A DNA stretch of 64,000 nt from Longimicrobiales bacterium (GTDB lineage Bacteria > Gemmatimonadota > Gemmatimonadetes > Longimicrobiales > Gaopeijiaceae), in NCBI GenBank assembly GCA_965248195.1, contig CBDFIQ010000002.1, positions 2,336,001 through 2,400,000 of the forward strand, in the 5' to 3' direction. A program made the translations under genes and the position numbers. This document shows positions 51,116 through 61,294 of the stretch, piece by piece; the first letter of the stretch is position 1; the number at the start of each line of letters is the position of its first letter. Below the pieces are notes generated by a model that saw nothing but the letters and a program-made list of their open reading frames with translations, made no database searches and was not told where the DNA came from.

Positions 51116-53020
51116 CTATCGACCGTCCGGTGACGGATTTTGCGAAGCATTGGCATTTTCAGAGCTTCTTAGCACAGCCTGAAACCTGTCAATTTGGCCG
51201 GGTTCATCCGGAGGTCGCACCCTGGTACGGGCGCTGTCGAGCGATTCGAGCGCTCTAGCCGTGTCTCCCGACTGGGCGTACGCTTCCGCGAGCCAGAACC
51301 ACTGCTGCCAGCGGTGTCCTTCACCCGCTTCGATCGTTCGGCGGCGGGCTTGGACCGACTCTTCCCAGCGGCCCTCCCGCGCCAAGGAACGGGCCAGGAG
51401 ATGGTTCGCAACCAAGTCTTGGGACCCGAAGAAGGCGATGGCAGCCTCGGCCGCTTCGATCGCGCCCGGATAATCCCCTTCGCCGTAATGGATGCCGGCG
51501 AGAAGGCGGGCAGCGATCCCTTCATCCGGGTATTCTTCCCGAGCCCGACGGAGAAGGCCCTTGGCGGCGTGCGTCTGTCCGTTGACGAGGAGCTGCCGCC
51601 CCACCTCCACGAGGACAGCGTAGTTTCCGTGCAAGAGACTGATCGTAATTCGGTAGGCGGCGTTACCCGCCTTCCTGTCGCCGATCATATACTGTGCGTC
51701 TCCGAGGAGCCACTGCGCCCGTCCTGACTCCGGGTGCTCACGGATCAGAGTTTCGAAAACGCTGACGGTGTCTCGCCAAGTGGCGTTCCGGGCGACGGTT
51801 CGAAGCGACATGAGCATCAAAACGAGGATCAGCGTCGCCTCGGCCACAAGGCGACGCTCTTTGTACAGCTCGCCCCCGATCCACGCGAATAGCGCCACGA
51901 ATCCGACCGACGGCAGATAAAACGTGCGCTCCGCGAGGAGGACCCCGGAGAGGAAGAGCACGTTCGAAACCGGCGACAACGTGATCACGAGCCACAGGAC
52001 ACCGAATGAGAAGAGACGAGGAGGAGTACGGGCCACCCCGAGCGTCTGCCTCCCCCACAGACGCAGGGCCAATCCGAGCGTCCCCAGGAGGAGAAGAGCC
52101 CCTAGCATACCACTTCCTGTCCAGCCGAGGGCGAGAGGAATTACGGCCGGCGCATAGTCGGCGCTCAAGTCGAGAGGGAAAAAAAGCAGCCGGAAGTAGT
52201 GAGGCCAGGTCGACGCAACGGTCCAGATTCTCGGGACTTCCTCCTGCAAGAGCCTCGCACCCAACGGGGGCAACGGGCTGGCCAGGCTGCCAAGCACCAC
52301 AAAGCGAGCCGTCAGAATGAGCGCAGCAGCGGCCGTCAGACTTACGTAGATCGCCCACCGGCGGCGAACGTAGGAGAGCGCCTCCTTGACCCCGACATCG
52401 TCACGCGCCCCGTCAAGTAGGAAGAGGACCCCGAGGAGCGTGATGGCGCTCTCCTTCGCTAGGAAGGCGAGCACGAACAGGAGCGTAATGGCTGTGCCCG
52501 GCAGAAGCGTGATCCGCTCTCCCGCCCGTAGAAAGATCAAGCATGCGCCCAGATAAACCGCCGAGGAGAAAATCTCGGCCAACCCCACGACGTTCGCCAC
52601 GGCCTCGACATGGACGGGATGAACCGCGAAGAGCAGTCCCGCGACGAACGCGAGCGCAAGGGGCGCGAGTTCGGCCAGCACCAGCACCACGAGCGCGGTA
52701 ACGACCCCGTGTAGCAACACGTTCGTCACGTGGAACATCGCGGGATTCTCGCCCCAGACCGCCCATTGGATGCCGTAAAGCGCCGTCGTCACCGGTCGCC
52801 ATAGTCCCAGAGCCCGGCCGAACTCGTTCGGCCAGTAGGGAGAGGCCATCGCCTCCGGCAGAGTGTCGAGATCCTGGATCCGCGTATTCTGGACAATGAG
52901 AGGGAGGTCGTCGAAGGCGAAGTCGTTGAGGACGCTGTTCGCCGATAGAAGGACCGCGGCCGCACCCGCAAGGAACGCGGCCGAGCGGACCGACCGGAAG
53001 GGAGAATCCCACGTCCTCAT
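51116..53020 (-). CDS. TMTC-like GT-C glycosyltransferase with C-terminal TPR-like repeats
   Basis: FAFDD, WRPVT, HPVHVEAVANVVG, AKE, LSADY, LAERTFYLPS, RNATW, then helical repeats. Confidence 0.85.
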   Translation of the reverse strand: MRTWDSPFRSVRSAAFLAGAAAVLLSANSVLNDFAFDDLPLIVQNTRIQDLDTLPEAMASPYWPNEFGRALGLWRPVTTALYGIQWAVWGENPAMFHVTNVLLHGVVTALVVLVLAELAPLALAFVAGLLFAVHPVHVEAVANVVGLAEIFSSAVYLGACLIFLRAGERITLLPGTAITLLFVLAFLAKESAITLLGVLFLLDGARDDVGVKEALSYVRRRWAIYVSLTAAAALILTARFVVLGSLASPLPPLGARLLQEEVPRIWTVASTWPHYFRLLFFPLDLSADYAPAVIPLALGWTGSGMLGALLLLGTLGLALRLWGRQTLGVARTPPRLFSFGVLWLVITLSPVSNVLFLSGVLLAERTFYLPSVGFVALFAWIGGELYKERRLVAEATLILVLMLMSLRTVARNATWRDTVSVFETLIREHPESGRAQWLLGDAQYMIGDRKAGNAAYRITISLLHGNYAVLVEVGRQLLVNGQTHAAKGLLRRAREEYPDEGIAARLLAGIHYGEGDYPGAIEAAEAAIAFFGSQDLVANHLLARSLAREGRWEESVQARRRTIEAGEGHRWQQWFWLAEAYAQSGDTARALESLDSARTRVRPPDEPGQIDRFQAVLRSSENANASQNPSPDGR

Positions 53021-54845
53021 CGTTGGCGGACGGGGGCGGGTGCCCCGTCCCCGCGGGCCTGGCGCTCCTGGCTCGCAAGAACATCAGCACGCTGAGAGGC
53101 GGCGTCGGCTTCTTCGGAGCGGCCGGCCAACTCCATGAGCTCGCTCATGCGACGCCATTCCTCAGAATCATCGTCGGCCACACCGAAGGACGCCCATCGC
53201 GCCCGAATGGCCGCGTCGTAGTCTCCCTTCGCCACATAACTCTCGGACACGAGCTTCCACAGGTCTCGGTCGGATCCAACGAGCGACAAGCCCTGGAGCG
53301 CCACCGCGTGTCCTTCCCGGCTCCGGCCCTGGTTCAGCCGCTGTTCAGAGAGCACCTGCCATGCGACGGGGTGCGTGGGAAACAACTCGATGGCGTGGAC
53401 GAGCAGCGACTCTGCCTCGACCCACCGCTCCCCCCGCCCATAGAAACGCGCGACCTCCACGAGCAGGCTGTATCCCTCCGGAGCCAGCTCAAGCGCCGTC
53501 TGGTAATAACGATCCGCCTCCTCGTACTCGCCTACGTTGTCGAGACCCTGGGCGCGTGCCCTGATCGCCATCAACGACTCCGGGTGCTCTTCTCCAAGCG
53601 TCGTCAACATCGTGAACGTGCTCATCCACGAGGGGTTTCTGAGCGCGGTCCGCACCATGAAGGCGCTACACAGGACCCCCGCGCCCACCAAGAGAATGCC
53701 CAGGGATGTCCTGCGCTCACGGGCCGTCCACGACACGACTCCCGCGGCCACGAAGGCAAGCCCGACGGACGGCAGGTAAAGCGTTCGCTCAGCCAACAAC
53801 ACGCCCGTCGGGATGAGTAGGTTGGTAACGGAAGGATCGCGATGCCGAACCAGGCGATGCCGAGCGCCACCAGCCGTTCCCTGGGCCAAAGGAAGATGAC
53901 GGCCGCAGCACCACCAAGAATCGTGAGTAGGCCCAGGATCACATCGGGCCCCCATGTCAACGCTGGAAAGAGTACCGCCGGCGCGTAGTCCACCACGAGG
54001 TCCAGCGGGAACACCAGGAGCCGGAGATAGTGTGGCCAGACCGCCAGAGATGTAAGGATTCTTTGGCCCGCCGAGAGACCCACGAGAGCCGGTGCGGGTA
54101 CTTCGCCCGAAACCGAACCCAACATCAGGAATCGGGCGCCCAAAAACGCCGCCAGAAGGGCGGCGGTCAGGAGGAACACCGGCAGATCGGTCCGAACACG
54201 GTCGCTTACACGCTCATCGCCGGTCCGCACCAATGCTATGAGAACCAGCAGCGCCGGGAGCGTCACTGCCATTTCTTTGGAGCCGAGACCCAGCACATAG
54301 AGCGCCCCGATGCCGAGGAGGCGGGCGGCCCTCCAGGACGGTGAAAGCCCCCGCCCCTTCAGGAAGAGCAGACACGCCCCCAGCACGAAGAGCGCCGAGT
54401 ACAACTCGGAACGCCCCACGACGTTTGCCACCGCCTCGCTATGGACGGGATGTGCGGCAAAGAGCGCACCCCCGACGAGAGCCGGAAGTGTGGCCGACAG
54501 CGGTAGAATCAGTAAGAACACCACCAGCGATACAGCAGTGTGAACGGCTAGGTTCACGAGGTGAAAGCCCGCCGGATGGCCGTTCCACAGCCTCCATTCC
54601 AACGCGAAGCTCGAAAGCGTAACCGGCCGATAGAGGCCCGCACCGCTAACCGCCTGAGGCCAATAGGCGGAGGTCAGCACCTCGACGACCCCTCCCTCGG
54701 CCACGACGGAGCGTCCCACGATGATGGTATTGTCGTCGTAGGCGAAGCCGTTGAGCACGGAGTTGGCGTACGCCGCCACCGCCACGAACAGCACCAGAAG
54801 CGCGGCGCGCCACGGCGGGATGGCAGAAAGCTGCTTAAGGGTCAC
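53017..54845 (-). CDS. Second TMTC-like GT-C/TPR protein, split by a one-base frameshift near 53830
   Basis: FAYDD, YRPVT, HPVHSEAVANVVGRSE, SKE in ORF 53622-54845; LAERTLYLPS, RNPSW and TPRs in ORF 53017-53955; adding one C at CTTCCGTT restores ILPVTNLL. Confidence 0.82.
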
Positions 54846-54863
54846 CTGGATGCGGAGTCCGGA

Positions 54864-55757
54864 TCAGTCCGGATCGGCCACAGGAGGAAGGCCGGCCTCG
54901 GACCCTCCCCCGCCTTCCGAAGGGGCGGGAAGCGCCGGACGCTGCCCGTCCACGAGAGCGCGCCCCTCCCACGGCTGCACCTCGGGCGCCTGCCAAGGAT
55001 CGATTCTTGGCCCGAAGAGATTGCAGCGAAGGATATAGTAGAGGGCGGACACGCCGTCCTTCCAGTTGATCTTCTTCCCCTCCTCGTACGAGCGCCCGTC
55101 GTAACTGATCGGGAGCTCGTAGATGCGAGCCCGCGCCTGAGCCAATCGGGCCGTCACCTCCGGCTCGAATCCGAAACGGTTCGCCGAGAGAGGCAATCGC
55201 TTCAGAAGATCCGCATGGATGACTTTATAGCAGGTCTCCATGTCCGTGAGGTTGAGGTCGGTCAACATGTTGCTCAGCAACGTCAGGAAACGATTCCCTA
55301 TCATGTGCCAGAAGAACAGCACCCGGTGGGGTCCGCCGAGAAAGCGTGACCCGAAAACGGCATCGGCCTTCCCGGCCAAAATCGGCTGCATGAGTGCCGG
55401 CAGTTCGTGTGGATCATACTCCAGATCCGCGTCCTGAATCGCAATGATATCGCCAGTGGCCCGCTCGAATCCGGCCCGGAGCGCAGCACCCTTCCCCTGA
55501 TTCACCTCCTGGAACACGAGAATATCGATCACCCCTTCGTCGTGTAGGCGCGAAAGCAGATCGTGCGTGCCGTCCGTGGATCCATCGTCTACCACGATCA
55601 CTTCGACGTCCAGGCGGACCTCACGTACCCGCTTGAGGAGGATCTCGACACTCCGGATCTCGTTGTAGGCGGGGACAACCACCGAGAGCCTCACCCGGTC
55701 CCAGGCAAGATCGTCGTGCCTTCTCTTATGCATTTCGCGGAAACTGGGCATCATCAT
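54864..55757 (-). CDS. GT2 polyprenyl-phosphate glycosyltransferase (DPM1/ArnC-like)
   Basis: VVPAYNE, VDDGSTDGT, NQGKGAA, QDADLEYDP, GSRF, LTDMETCYK, FGFEPE. Confidence 0.93.
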   Translation of the reverse strand: MMMPSFREMHKRRHDDLAWDRVRLSVVVPAYNEIRSVEILLKRVREVRLDVEVIVVDDGSTDGTHDLLSRLHDEGVIDILVFQEVNQGKGAALRAGFERATGDIIAIQDADLEYDPHELPALMQPILAGKADAVFGSRFLGGPHRVLFFWHMIGNRFLTLLSNMLTDLNLTDMETCYKVIHADLLKRLPLSANRFGFEPEVTARLAQARARIYELPISYDGRSYEEGKKINWKDGVSALYYILRCNLFGPRIDPWQAPEVQPWEGRALVDGQRPALPAPSEGGGGSEAGLPPVADPD

Positions 55758-55845
55758 GGGGATCGAATCCTCGATAATTTAGAAGTTTCAGGCACGGGCC
55801 CATGGGCGCCGAAAACCGTAACTTCCACGCGGAGCATGAGGCTGA

Positions 55846-57207
55846 TCAGACCTCGATCCCGTACCGGTTGAGCTTCCGGTACAAGGTGGAGGGATCGATG
55901 CCGAGAACCTCCGCCGCCTTCGACTTGTTCCCCCCCTCGGCCGTAAGGACCCACTGGATGTACGCCCTCTCGATCACCTCCATCGAAGGATTCGAGGGGA
56001 GGTGATCCGTGACCAAGGGTTTCGTGTCGGTGGCCCGTACGCCTTCCGGCAGGTCAGCCACAGAGATTTCCGGCTTGGACGCCACGACGGCCGCCCGCTC
56101 CAAGGCGTTCTCGAGTTCCCGGACATTTCCGGGCCAGTCATAGGCACACAGCGCCTCTAAAACATCCTCCCCAAGGGTTTTTTCTCCTTCTCGCTCCGCC
56201 AACGAAACGAGAAAGCGGTGGGCCAGAATCGGGATGTCGTCCTTTCTTTCACGGAGCGGAGGGAGTTGTAGCGCGATGACGTTGAGCCGATAGTAGACAT
56301 CACTCCGGAACCCTCCGCGTCGGATCTCCTCATTCAGGTCGGCGTTGGTGGCGGCCATAATCCGAACGTCGATCTGCCTGACCTCGGTCGAACCCACGGG
56401 AATGACTTCGCGCTCCTGCAGAGCGCGGAGGAGCCTGACCTGCGTCGCAGGGGACATTTCGCTGATCTCGTCCAGGAAGAGCGTCCCGCCGTTAGCGGCC
56501 TCGAAGAGTCCCATTTTGTCCCTGACGGCACCGGTGAAGGCTCCTTTCACGTGGCCGAAGAGCTCGCTCTCGAGAAGCCCCTCGGGAAGCGCCCCGCAGT
56601 TCACCGACAAGAAGGTGGCTTCGGCCCGGCCACTGAGCGCGTGGATGTAGCGGGCCAGCACCTCTTTACCGGATCCGCTCTCCCCCGTGATCAGTACGGT
56701 GGACTCCGTCGGCGCCACCGTCTCCGCCAACTTGAGGACCTCGACGAACGACCGGTTCTTTCCCGTCGGCCGGTCGGTCGGCGACATGGACTGCCGGCGG
56801 ATCTCCTTCTTGAGGGCCTTGTTCTCCACCCGGAGTTGCCTCGTTTCCGCGGCTCTACGGCAGATGGCCAGAAGTTCCTCGTTGGCGAAGGGCTTTTGGA
56901 GGTAGTAGTACGCCCCCTCGTTGACAGCCCGTACCGCCGTCTGAAGCGATGCCTGAGCGGTCATCAATATCACGGCGGTCTCGGGATCGACCTCGTGCGC
57001 CTTCGCCATTACCTCGAGGCCGGTCATCCCGGGCATTCGAATGTCGGTCAGGACGATGTCCGGCAAGGTGTCGGGAAGCATTTCGACGGCCTCTCGCCCG
57101 CTGAGCGCCGACACCACTTCGTAGCCATTACCCTGAAGCAGAATGCGAAGCGTGTCGAGGATGCCGGACTCATCATCCACCAGGAGAATCCTTCTCTCCT
57201 TGCTCAT
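55846..57207 (-). CDS. Sigma54-dependent response regulator (PilR-like)
   Basis: LVDDE..TDIRMP, GESGSGKE, GAFTGA, HTH. Confidence 0.95.
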   Translation of the reverse strand: MSKERRILLVDDESGILDTLRILLQGNGYEVVSALSGREAVEMLPDTLPDIVLTDIRMPGMTGLEVMAKAHEVDPETAVILMTAQASLQTAVRAVNEGAYYYLQKPFANEELLAICRRAAETRQLRVENKALKKEIRRQSMSPTDRPTGKNRSFVEVLKLAETVAPTESTVLITGESGSGKEVLARYIHALSGRAEATFLSVNCGALPEGLLESELFGHVKGAFTGAVRDKMGLFEAANGGTLFLDEISEMSPATQVRLLRALQEREVIPVGSTEVRQIDVRIMAATNADLNEEIRRGGFRSDVYYRLNVIALQLPPLRERKDDIPILAHRFLVSLAEREGEKTLGEDVLEALCAYDWPGNVRELENALERAAVVASKPEISVADLPEGVRATDTKPLVTDHLPSNPSMEVIERAYIQWVLTAEGGNKSKAAEVLGIDPSTLYRKLNRYGIEV

Positions 57208-58883
57208 ACGGCCGCCTGTTGTTTCGTCGCAGAAGCGACATCCGTGCCCGGCAACAGAACCACGAATCGAGCTCCACCCCCAGCCACCTCCTCAGCGTAG
57301 ACGGCGCCACCGTGCGCCTCGACGGCACGATGCACCACCGCCAGGCCGAGACCGCTCCCACCTTTACGCGTGGTATAAAATGGGGCGAAGATGCGCCCGA
57401 TATCCTCGGGTGGAATCCCCGGTCCGGAATCCTGAACGCTCAAACACACCGGCTGGGAAACGGTGGATCCAGGTAGCCGGTCCTCGACGGCCCGATTCTC
57501 GACGGAGACCCGGACGGTACCCCCGGGGCCGCTGAACTGAACCGCGTTGAGGATCAGGTTGAAGACCAGGCGGTGAAGGAGATCCGCGTCCCCCGGTAGG
57601 GTCAGGCGGCCTTCGAGGCCCTGCTCGTCGATGCGAATCCCTGCTTCGCAGTCAGGATGTTGTTTCACCAATGTGATGGCTTGCCTGACCACGCGGGTAA
57701 AGTCCACCCTGGCCTTCGCGCTGAGGCGCATCACCGAGAAATCGAGAAATTCGTTGAGCAACCGGCTCAGGCGATCCGATTCGGCCAGAACCAGCCGTTG
57801 GAGGAGCGCACGATCCTCGACGGGAAGCGTGGGGCTGTCGAACTGTTCCACGGCGCTGCGTATCGAAGCCAACGGATTCTTGATTTCGTGGGCGAGGGAA
57901 GCACTCAGTTCAGCCACGGCCTCGAGTCGTTCGTTTCTGCGATTTAGGGCCTGGATACGCTCCAGATCCGTGATATCCTGAAAGATCGCCGTGACGGATG
58001 GGCCTTCCCCCTCGCGACTTTCGAGCAGGGTTGTGCTGATGCCCAGCACCAGGTTCCCCGACGCTCTCTTGACGGCCGTCGTTTGGCGGCTGACAGGGCG
58101 GCGCCCGTCGATGCTCCTTCGGAGCGCCTCGGCAAGCCCCGGCGCCAGCTCCTCTACCACGTCCAAGATGGGGGCGCCGCGCCACTGCTCGAAGCTCAGA
58201 TCCAAGAATCGTTCGCCAGCTCTATTGAGGTACCCGAGTCTGCCGCCATCGACGAGGGTAAGCACACCTGCGGAGATGTTCGTGAGAATGTCCCCCGTAT
58301 CGAGCCGCAAGCGGACGAGTTCGGACTGGACTTCTCCGAGCGCGAGCCCGGTGCTTTGGACGCGGTTCCCCAGCCAACCCGTGAGGAGAGCAACGACGGC
58401 GAAAAGCCCGATCTGTAGCCCAACGGTATACAAGGGTAGGGTCTGCGGACCGCCCCATACGAGGCTCGCGAAGTAAAGAATGGAGGAGAGGGCCCCGATG
58501 AGGAAGGCTCCCGACAGGGGCAATAGAAGAGCCCCCTCTGTCATCACCAAGAAATAAAGGGGGGCGAAGGCGACGTCGCCGCCGCCCGACGTGATATAGA
58601 CGACGGTCGTGACAAGCGCCGCGTCGAGAATGACCTGGCCGTACATGAAGTTCCGGCCCACCGGGCGGCCCCGCACTTCGGTGTGCCACACGGAGGCGAG
58701 GGTGAGCGCCAACGTGGCCAAAAACATGAGCGTCGCTATGCGCGTGGCCTCCGCGGGAGCGGAGAACCAGGCCACCATTATGCCGACGAAAATTCCAAGG
58801 GCCAGAGTCATTCGGCCGACGTAGACCCAACGAAGGAGTCGGTTTCTGTCGAATTCGTACTTCTTTGGAGTCTCCGGCCTCAA
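57204..58883 (-). CDS. PilS-like membrane sensor kinase with PAS-like domain
   Basis: About six TMs, PAS-like ..IFQDIT, AHEIKNPLASI, DSGPG, GSGLGL. Confidence 0.9.
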   Translation of the reverse strand: MRPETPKKYEFDRNRLLRWVYVGRMTLALGIFVGIMVAWFSAPAEATRIATLMFLATLALTLASVWHTEVRGRPVGRNFMYGQVILDAALVTTVVYITSGGGDVAFAPLYFLVMTEGALLLPLSGAFLIGALSSILYFASLVWGGPQTLPLYTVGLQIGLFAVVALLTGWLGNRVQSTGLALGEVQSELVRLRLDTGDILTNISAGVLTLVDGGRLGYLNRAGERFLDLSFEQWRGAPILDVVEELAPGLAEALRRSIDGRRPVSRQTTAVKRASGNLVLGISTTLLESREGEGPSVTAIFQDITDLERIQALNRRNERLEAVAELSASLAHEIKNPLASIRSAVEQFDSPTLPVEDRALLQRLVLAESDRLSRLLNEFLDFSVMRLSAKARVDFTRVVRQAITLVKQHPDCEAGIRIDEQGLEGRLTLPGDADLLHRLVFNLILNAVQFSGPGGTVRVSVENRAVEDRLPGSTVSQPVCLSVQDSGPGIPPEDIGRIFAPFYTTRKGGSGLGLAVVHRAVEAHGGAVYAEEVAGGGARFVVLLPGTDVASATKQQAAV

Positions 58884-59025
58884 ACCGATCTCCCCTCAGA
58901 ATGAATCGACCGTCTAACTTGGGACGCCTTTCCCACGCTATTACTCGCCGTGGCACAGTGCAACACTTCTATTTGGCGTTTTGCGAAAAACTTGCCGAGG
59001 AACGGAAGGCTCCGGCGGTCGCGTC

Positions 59026-59664
59026 TCAGATGTCCGGCCGTGGGAGGACTCGGACCTCCCCCAGGAGCGCGTAGGCGAACCCCCAAAGCCGTCCAACCGG
59101 CCGGAGCCCCTCACTGTCCACGAACGCCGATCCCTCTACGATGTGTAGCTCGGGATCCAAACGAACACCCCTCACCTCGCCGAGCACCAAACCACCGGCG
59201 TCGCCCAAGTCCAAATACTCATGAAGCTCGCATTCAAGGACCGCAGGACAATTCGCAACATATGGCGCCTCAACGGTCTCCGCCTCCGCCACGGAAAGTC
59301 CAGCGAAAGCAAACTCATCACCCTCCGGAGGTAAGTTGGCCGCCGTCCGGTTCATCGCCTCGAGTTGGGCCTCCGTGACGACGTTCACACAGAAGGCGCC
59401 TTGGTCCAAGATGTTGCGGAGTGAGTCCTTGGCCACTCCTCCCCGTGTCCCGATGGACAAGCTGACGAGCATGGGCGAGGACGCCACCGCCGAGAAGAAG
59501 CTGAAAGGAGCCACATTGAGAACGCCGGTGGCGCTCCGGGTGGAAACCCAGCCGATCGGGCGTGGCACGACGAGGGACGTGAGAAGCTGGTACCGTTCAC
59601 GGCCATCGACCGAGTCGGTACGGATTATTCGGTGCCGAAGGGGCCCTTCAGGGTCGCCGGCCAA
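59026..59664 (-). CDS. Flavin reductase-like FMN-binding protein
   Basis: VVPRPIGWVST, NVAPFSFF, KDSLRNI, LECEL. Confidence 0.9.
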   Translation of the reverse strand: MAGDPEGPLRHRIIRTDSVDGRERYQLLTSLVVPRPIGWVSTRSATGVLNVAPFSFFSAVASSPMLVSLSIGTRGGVAKDSLRNILDQGAFCVNVVTEAQLEAMNRTAANLPPEGDEFAFAGLSVAEAETVEAPYVANCPAVLECELHEYLDLGDAGGLVLGEVRGVRLDPELHIVEGSAFVDSEGLRPVGRLWGFAYALLGEVRVLPRPDI

Positions 59665-59675
59665 CCTCTATGCCC

Positions 59676-60422
59676 CTAGTCCGCGGGTACCGTTAGGAGC
59701 TGACCGGCGTAAATGCGGCTGCCTCGGATATTGTTGGCGGCCCTGAGCTTCGGTACCGTCGTCCCGTGACGGCGGGCGATGGCCCAGAGCGAATCACCAG
59801 CCCGAACCATATAACGTGACGGAGCCGTAGCTCGGTTTCCGGAAACGGCGGAAGCCAACACGTCGCTGACGTAAGCCGCGTAGCGTTCTGGAAAGACGGC
59901 CACATGATAATGCGACGGCCGCCGTTCCCTCGTTGCTTCCAGCACGCCTGCCGCCTCGAGGTAGAGGAGGGTACTCTCCAACCAGTACCGGCAAACGGAG
60001 TTCAAACTCGTCCGAAAATCAACCGCCATGCCCGTGGGATGAGCGGAGAGAGTGGAGGCGTTGCGGGGCTGCTCGCTCAAAGGACGGGTGAGGCTCGTGA
60101 CGACCAACTCCTCGCCACAAGCCCACCGGTGCTGCGCCCCCAGACGTTGCACGAAAAGGTTCACCTCTGGACGGCCGTAGGGGAAAGTCACGTCGTGAAG
60201 CACGAAGTCCCGACTACTCCTCAACCGGACAAGGTAGCCCGCATCGACAAACTGCTGAACATGTGCGCGTGTCTGTAGGAAGGTGAAGTTATGGTCCTCC
60301 GCGTGCACATACGCTCGGTTTAGGGAAGCCTCGGAGCCCCGAAGCGCCTGCCCTTGTACCTGACCAAAGCCGGCCGCCAGGAAAAGCGAAAGCCAAACCA
60401 GCAGGCTCATTCGTCGCACCAT
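59676..60422 (-). CDS. Secreted DUF5715/M15-like peptidase with C-terminal LysM
   Basis: Signal peptide, VTSLTRP, SAHPTGMAVD and HYH Zn motifs, YMVRAGDSLWAIARRHG. Confidence 0.82.
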   Translation of the reverse strand: MVRRMSLLVWLSLFLAAGFGQVQGQALRGSEASLNRAYVHAEDHNFTFLQTRAHVQQFVDAGYLVRLRSSRDFVLHDVTFPYGRPEVNLFVQRLGAQHRWACGEELVVTSLTRPLSEQPRNASTLSAHPTGMAVDFRTSLNSVCRYWLESTLLYLEAAGVLEATRERRPSHYHVAVFPERYAAYVSDVLASAVSGNRATAPSRYMVRAGDSLWAIARRHGTTVPKLRAANNIRGSRIYAGQLLTVPAD

Positions 60423-60541
60423 TGCTACCCTCTCGAGGATTGGAGTCCCACTCGGATCGAACCACGTGCCGCCAGCCTATGTGTAAACATATGTATTGCG
60501 AAACACAAGGATTCCGTCATGCTCCTCAACCCACGAACGAC

Positions 60542-61162
60542 TCACCCCCGGGCATCGGAGTAGTTGGCCGCAACAACGTCCCAATTGACTACGTTCCACC
60601 ACGCGGAGACGTAGTCGGGTCGCCGGTTCTGATAGTTCAGATAGTAAGCGTGCTCCCAGACATCCACCCCGAGAATCGGGATGAATCCCCCGGAGAGCGG
60701 ATTGTCTTGGTTCGCGGTCGCGGACGCGTTGAGGTCTCCGGTGGGTCCAACCGTCAGCCAGCCCCAGCCCGAGCCGAACTGCTTCGCGGCGGTGGCGCCG
60801 AGAGAGGTCTTGAGGTCCTCGAACGATCCGAAGGCACCGTCGATGGCCTCCGCCAACTCTCCGGATGGCGTATCCGCACCGCCGGGAGCCATGATCGCCC
60901 AGAACAACGTATGGTTTACGTACCCGCCTCCGTTGTTTCGCACGGCGTTACGAATGGCCTCGGGCAGGTCGGCCAACCCCGCGAGCAGCTGTTCTCCCGA
61001 ATGACCGTGTAAGTCCGCATACCCTTCGAGGGCGGCGTTCAAATTGTTGGTGTAGGCCTGATGGTGCTTCCCGTGGTGGATCTCCATCGTACGTGCGTCG
61101 ATGTGTGGCTCCAGGGCGTCATGGTCATATCCCAGTGCGGGCAGTTCGAACGGATATCCCAT
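60542..61162 (-). CDS. sodA: Fe/Mn superoxide dismutase (Mn-type signatures)
   Basis: [35 protein letters not shown]. Confidence 0.93.
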   Translation of the reverse strand: MGYPFELPALGYDHDALEPHIDARTMEIHHGKHHQAYTNNLNAALEGYADLHGHSGEQLLAGLADLPEAIRNAVRNNGGGYVNHTLFWAIMAPGGADTPSGELAEAIDGAFGSFEDLKTSLGATAAKQFGSGWGWLTVGPTGDLNASATANQDNPLSGGFIPILGVDVWEHAYYLNYQNRRPDYVSAWWNVVNWDVVAANYSDARG

Positions 61163-61172
61163 TCTTATCTCT

Positions 61173-61204
61173 CCTATGGATCGGCGGGCCTATGGATCGG
61201 CGGG
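61173..61204. repeat. 16-bp tandem duplication in the sod 5' leader
   Basis: CCTATGGATCGGCGGG x2. Confidence 0.9.
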
Positions 61205-61294
61205 TTGCTCGATAGGCCGCCCGGTCACCGCAATGGCGCCGCGGTCGGACGGCTAACCGGATTGTACCCTACTTCGATTCCCCTTCGCAAATGG

